Positions 34,123 to 36,127 of a DNA stretch of 36,127 bases are shown piece after piece. The translations under genes were made by a program, and so were the position numbers. The notes under the pieces were generated by a model, which saw only the letters and a program-made list of their open reading frames with translations, searched no databases and was not told where the DNA came from. This DNA is from Caulobacterales bacterium RIFOXYB1_FULL_67_16 (GTDB lineage: Bacteria > Pseudomonadota > Alphaproteobacteria > Caulobacterales > Caulobacteraceae): positions 8,215-44,341 of the forward strand of contig MGLN01000110.1 of assembly GCA_001796045.1 (NCBI GenBank), written 5' to 3'. Numbering within the stretch: the stretch's first letter is position 1; each line of letters opens with the position of its first letter.

Positions 34123-36127
34123 ATGCGCAATGCCGTTTCCTTCCTCACCCTCGTCCTGGCGGTTCCCATGCTGGCCGGCGTCCCGCTCCCGACTGAGGCC
34201 CGAACGCCGACCCAAGCCTCTGAAGAGGTGGTGCGAAACGCTCAGGCTCACCCAGAGCTGTGGCCCCGCGCCGCTTCTCCGGCGGCGATGACGGACGCCG
34301 CGACCGAGGCCTTCGTCACCGAGCTGATGGCGAAGATGACCCTGGAGGAGAAGGTCGGTCAGACGATCCAGGCCGACATAGCCTCGATCAAGCCGGAGGA
34401 CCTGCTGACCTATCCGCTGGGGTCGATCCTCGCGGGCGGCAACTCCTCCCCGGGCGGAGACGAGCGATCAACCGCTCAAGCCTGGGTCGATCTGGCGCGC
34501 GAGTTCAGGGCCGCCAACGCCCGTCGCGCAGGAACTGTCGTCCCGCTGATCTACGGCATCGACGCCGTCCACGGGCACAACAACGTCGTGGGCGCGACCA
34601 TCTTCCCGCACAACATCGGCCTGGGGGCCGCGCGCGATCCGGACCTGATCCGACGCATCGGCGAGGCCACGGCCCTGGAAGTCGCCGTGACGGGGGCCGA
34701 TTGGACCTTCGGCCCGACCCTGGCCGTGCCGCGCGACGATCGCTGGGGCCGCGCCTATGAAGGCTATTCGGAGAATCCCGAGGTGCAGCGGGCCTACGCC
34801 GCACCGATGACCCTTGGGCTTCAAGGCGAACTGTCGCCGAACGGGCCCCTGACTGCGGGACGGATCGCCGGATCGGCCAAACATTTCCTCGCCGACGGCG
34901 GCACCGCAGAAGGCAAGGACCAAGGCGACTTCCTGGGGACTGAACAGGAGCTGATCGACGTCCATCTCGGCGGCTATGTTCAGGCGATCGACGCCGGCGT
35001 GTTGTCGGTGATGGCCAGCTTCTCCAGCTGGAACGGCGTCAAACATTCCGGCAACGAGACCATCCTGACCGACGTGCTGCGCGGCCCGCTGGGCTTCGAC
35101 GGCTTCGTCGTCTCCGACTGGAACGCCCACGGCCAACTGCCCGGCTGTTCCAACGAGAGCTGCGCCCTGGCCTTCAACGCCGGGATCGACATGTTCATGG
35201 CGCCCGACAGCTGGAAGCCGCTGTACCAGAACACCCTGGCCCAGGTGCGATCGGGAGAGATCCCCATGGCGCGACTGGACGAGGCGGTGCGCCGCATCCT
35301 GCGCGTCAAGGTCAAGACGGGGCTGTTCAACGACGCCCGCCCCGTGGAAGGCCGCCTGAACGAGCTTGGTTCGCCCGCCCACCGCGCCATCGCCCGCGAG
35401 GCGGTGCGCAAGTCGCTGGTGCTGCTGAAGAACGAGGGCTCGGTCCTGCCGATCCGATCCGGCGCGCGGGTCCTGGTCGCCGGCCAGGCGGACGACATCG
35501 GCCAGGCCTCGGGCGGCTGGACCCTGACCTGGCAGGGGACCGGCAACACCAACGCCGACTTCCCCAACGGCCAGTCGATCTGGGGCGGGATAGAAGAGGC
35601 CGTCAAGGCAGGCGGGGGCCAGGCGACCCTGAGCGTGGACGGACGCTTCACCCAGAAGCCGGACGTGGCCATCGTGGTCTTCGGCGAGACCCCCTATGCC
35701 GAGTTTCAGGGCGACGTCGACACCCTGGACTTCCTGCCGACCGAACCGCTCGAGACCCTGAAACGGCTGAAGGCGGCGGGCATTCCCACCGTCTCGGTCT
35801 TCCTGTCGGGCCGGCCGATGTGGACCAATCCCGAGATCAACGCCTCGGACGCCTTCGTCGCCGCCTGGCTGCCGGGCACGGAAGGCGGCGGGGTCGCCGA
35901 CGTCCTGATCGGGGATGCGGCGGGCAAGCCGCGCAACGACTTCCACGGCAAGCTGTCGTTCAGCTGGCCCAAGGACGCGCGGGGAGAGCTCCTGAACATC
36001 GGTCAGCCGGGCTATGATCCCCAGTTCGCCTACGGCTACGGCCTGACCTACGCCGCCGGCGGACGAGTGGGTCCGCTGTCGGAAGAGAGCGGGATCCTCG
36101 GCGCCGTCGGCAGCGTGGATCGCTATT
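34123..36127 (+). CDS. Secreted GH3 beta-glucosidase / exo-1,3/1,4-beta-glucanase (partial, runs off the window end; absent from the ORF track)
   Basis: ATG after GGAG: MRNAVSFLTLVLAVPMLAG...MTLEEKVGQ...GIDAVHGHNN...FPHNIGLGA...WGRAYEGYSE...KHF...VVSDWN...GETPYAE. Confidence 0.95.
   Translation, partial: MRNAVSFLTLVLAVPMLAGVPLPTEARTPTQASEEVVRNAQAHPELWPRAASPAAMTDAATEAFVTELMAKMTLEEKVGQTIQADIASIKPEDLLTYPLGSILAGGNSSPGGDERSTAQAWVDLAREFRAANARRAGTVVPLIYGIDAVHGHNNVVGATIFPHNIGLGAARDPDLIRRIGEATALEVAVTGADWTFGPTLAVPRDDRWGRAYEGYSENPEVQRAYAAPMTLGLQGELSPNGPLTAGRIAGSAKHFLADGGTAEGKDQGDFLGTEQELIDVHLGGYVQAIDAGVLSVMASFSSWNGVKHSGNETILTDVLRGPLGFDGFVVSDWNAHGQLPGCSNESCALAFNAGIDMFMAPDSWKPLYQNTLAQVRSGEIPMARLDEAVRRILRVKVKTGLFNDARPVEGRLNELGSPAHRAIAREAVRKSLVLLKNEGSVLPIRSGARVLVAGQADDIGQASGGWTLTWQGTGNTNADFPNGQSIWGGIEEAVKAGGGQATLSVDGRFTQKPDVAIVVFGETPYAEFQGDVDTLDFLPTEPLETLKRLKAAGIPTVSVFLSGRPMWTNPEINASDAFVAAWLPGTEGGGVADVLIGDAAGKPRNDFHGKLSFSWPKDARGELLNIGQPGYDPQFAYGYGLTYAAGGRVGPLSEESGILGAVGSVDRY

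Overview
High-GC alphaproteobacterial DNA (gene content suggests Caulobacteraceae such as Brevundimonas; this is inference) in three blocks. (1) 1-6.8 kb: a cell-surface-signalling module with FecI-like ECF sigma, FecR, an STN-domain TonB-dependent transducer and a frameshifted secreted S9-type peptidase, plus a divergent HTH-only LuxR. (2) about 7-30.3 kb: a heavy-metal island, mostly copper. It has copCD, two acyltransferase_3 genes, csoR with a P1B Cu-ATPase, two DUF305 proteins, copA (multicopper oxidase)-copB, a HAD hydrolase, a second CopC, a cnrYXH-like ECF cassette, a DUF2231/NTF2/CopG/PepSY operon, an orphan restriction-like nuclease, merR with a glutaredoxin-MauE fusion, and dmeRF. 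(3) 31.5-36.1 kb: an MFS / LacI / GH3 beta-glucosidase sugar locus. Main finding: the cnrYXH-like cassette has no CnrCBA-type RND pump in this window. Instead six promoters of the form (C/T)GAGGG-N16-CGTA, resembling the CnrH consensus, sit correctly oriented before copCD, the acyltransferase pair, copAB, the lipoprotein/copC2 pair, cnrYXH itself and the DUF2231 operon. This points to an ECF-controlled periplasmic copper regulon that also includes envelope acyltransferases. All calls are by eye; no searches were run.
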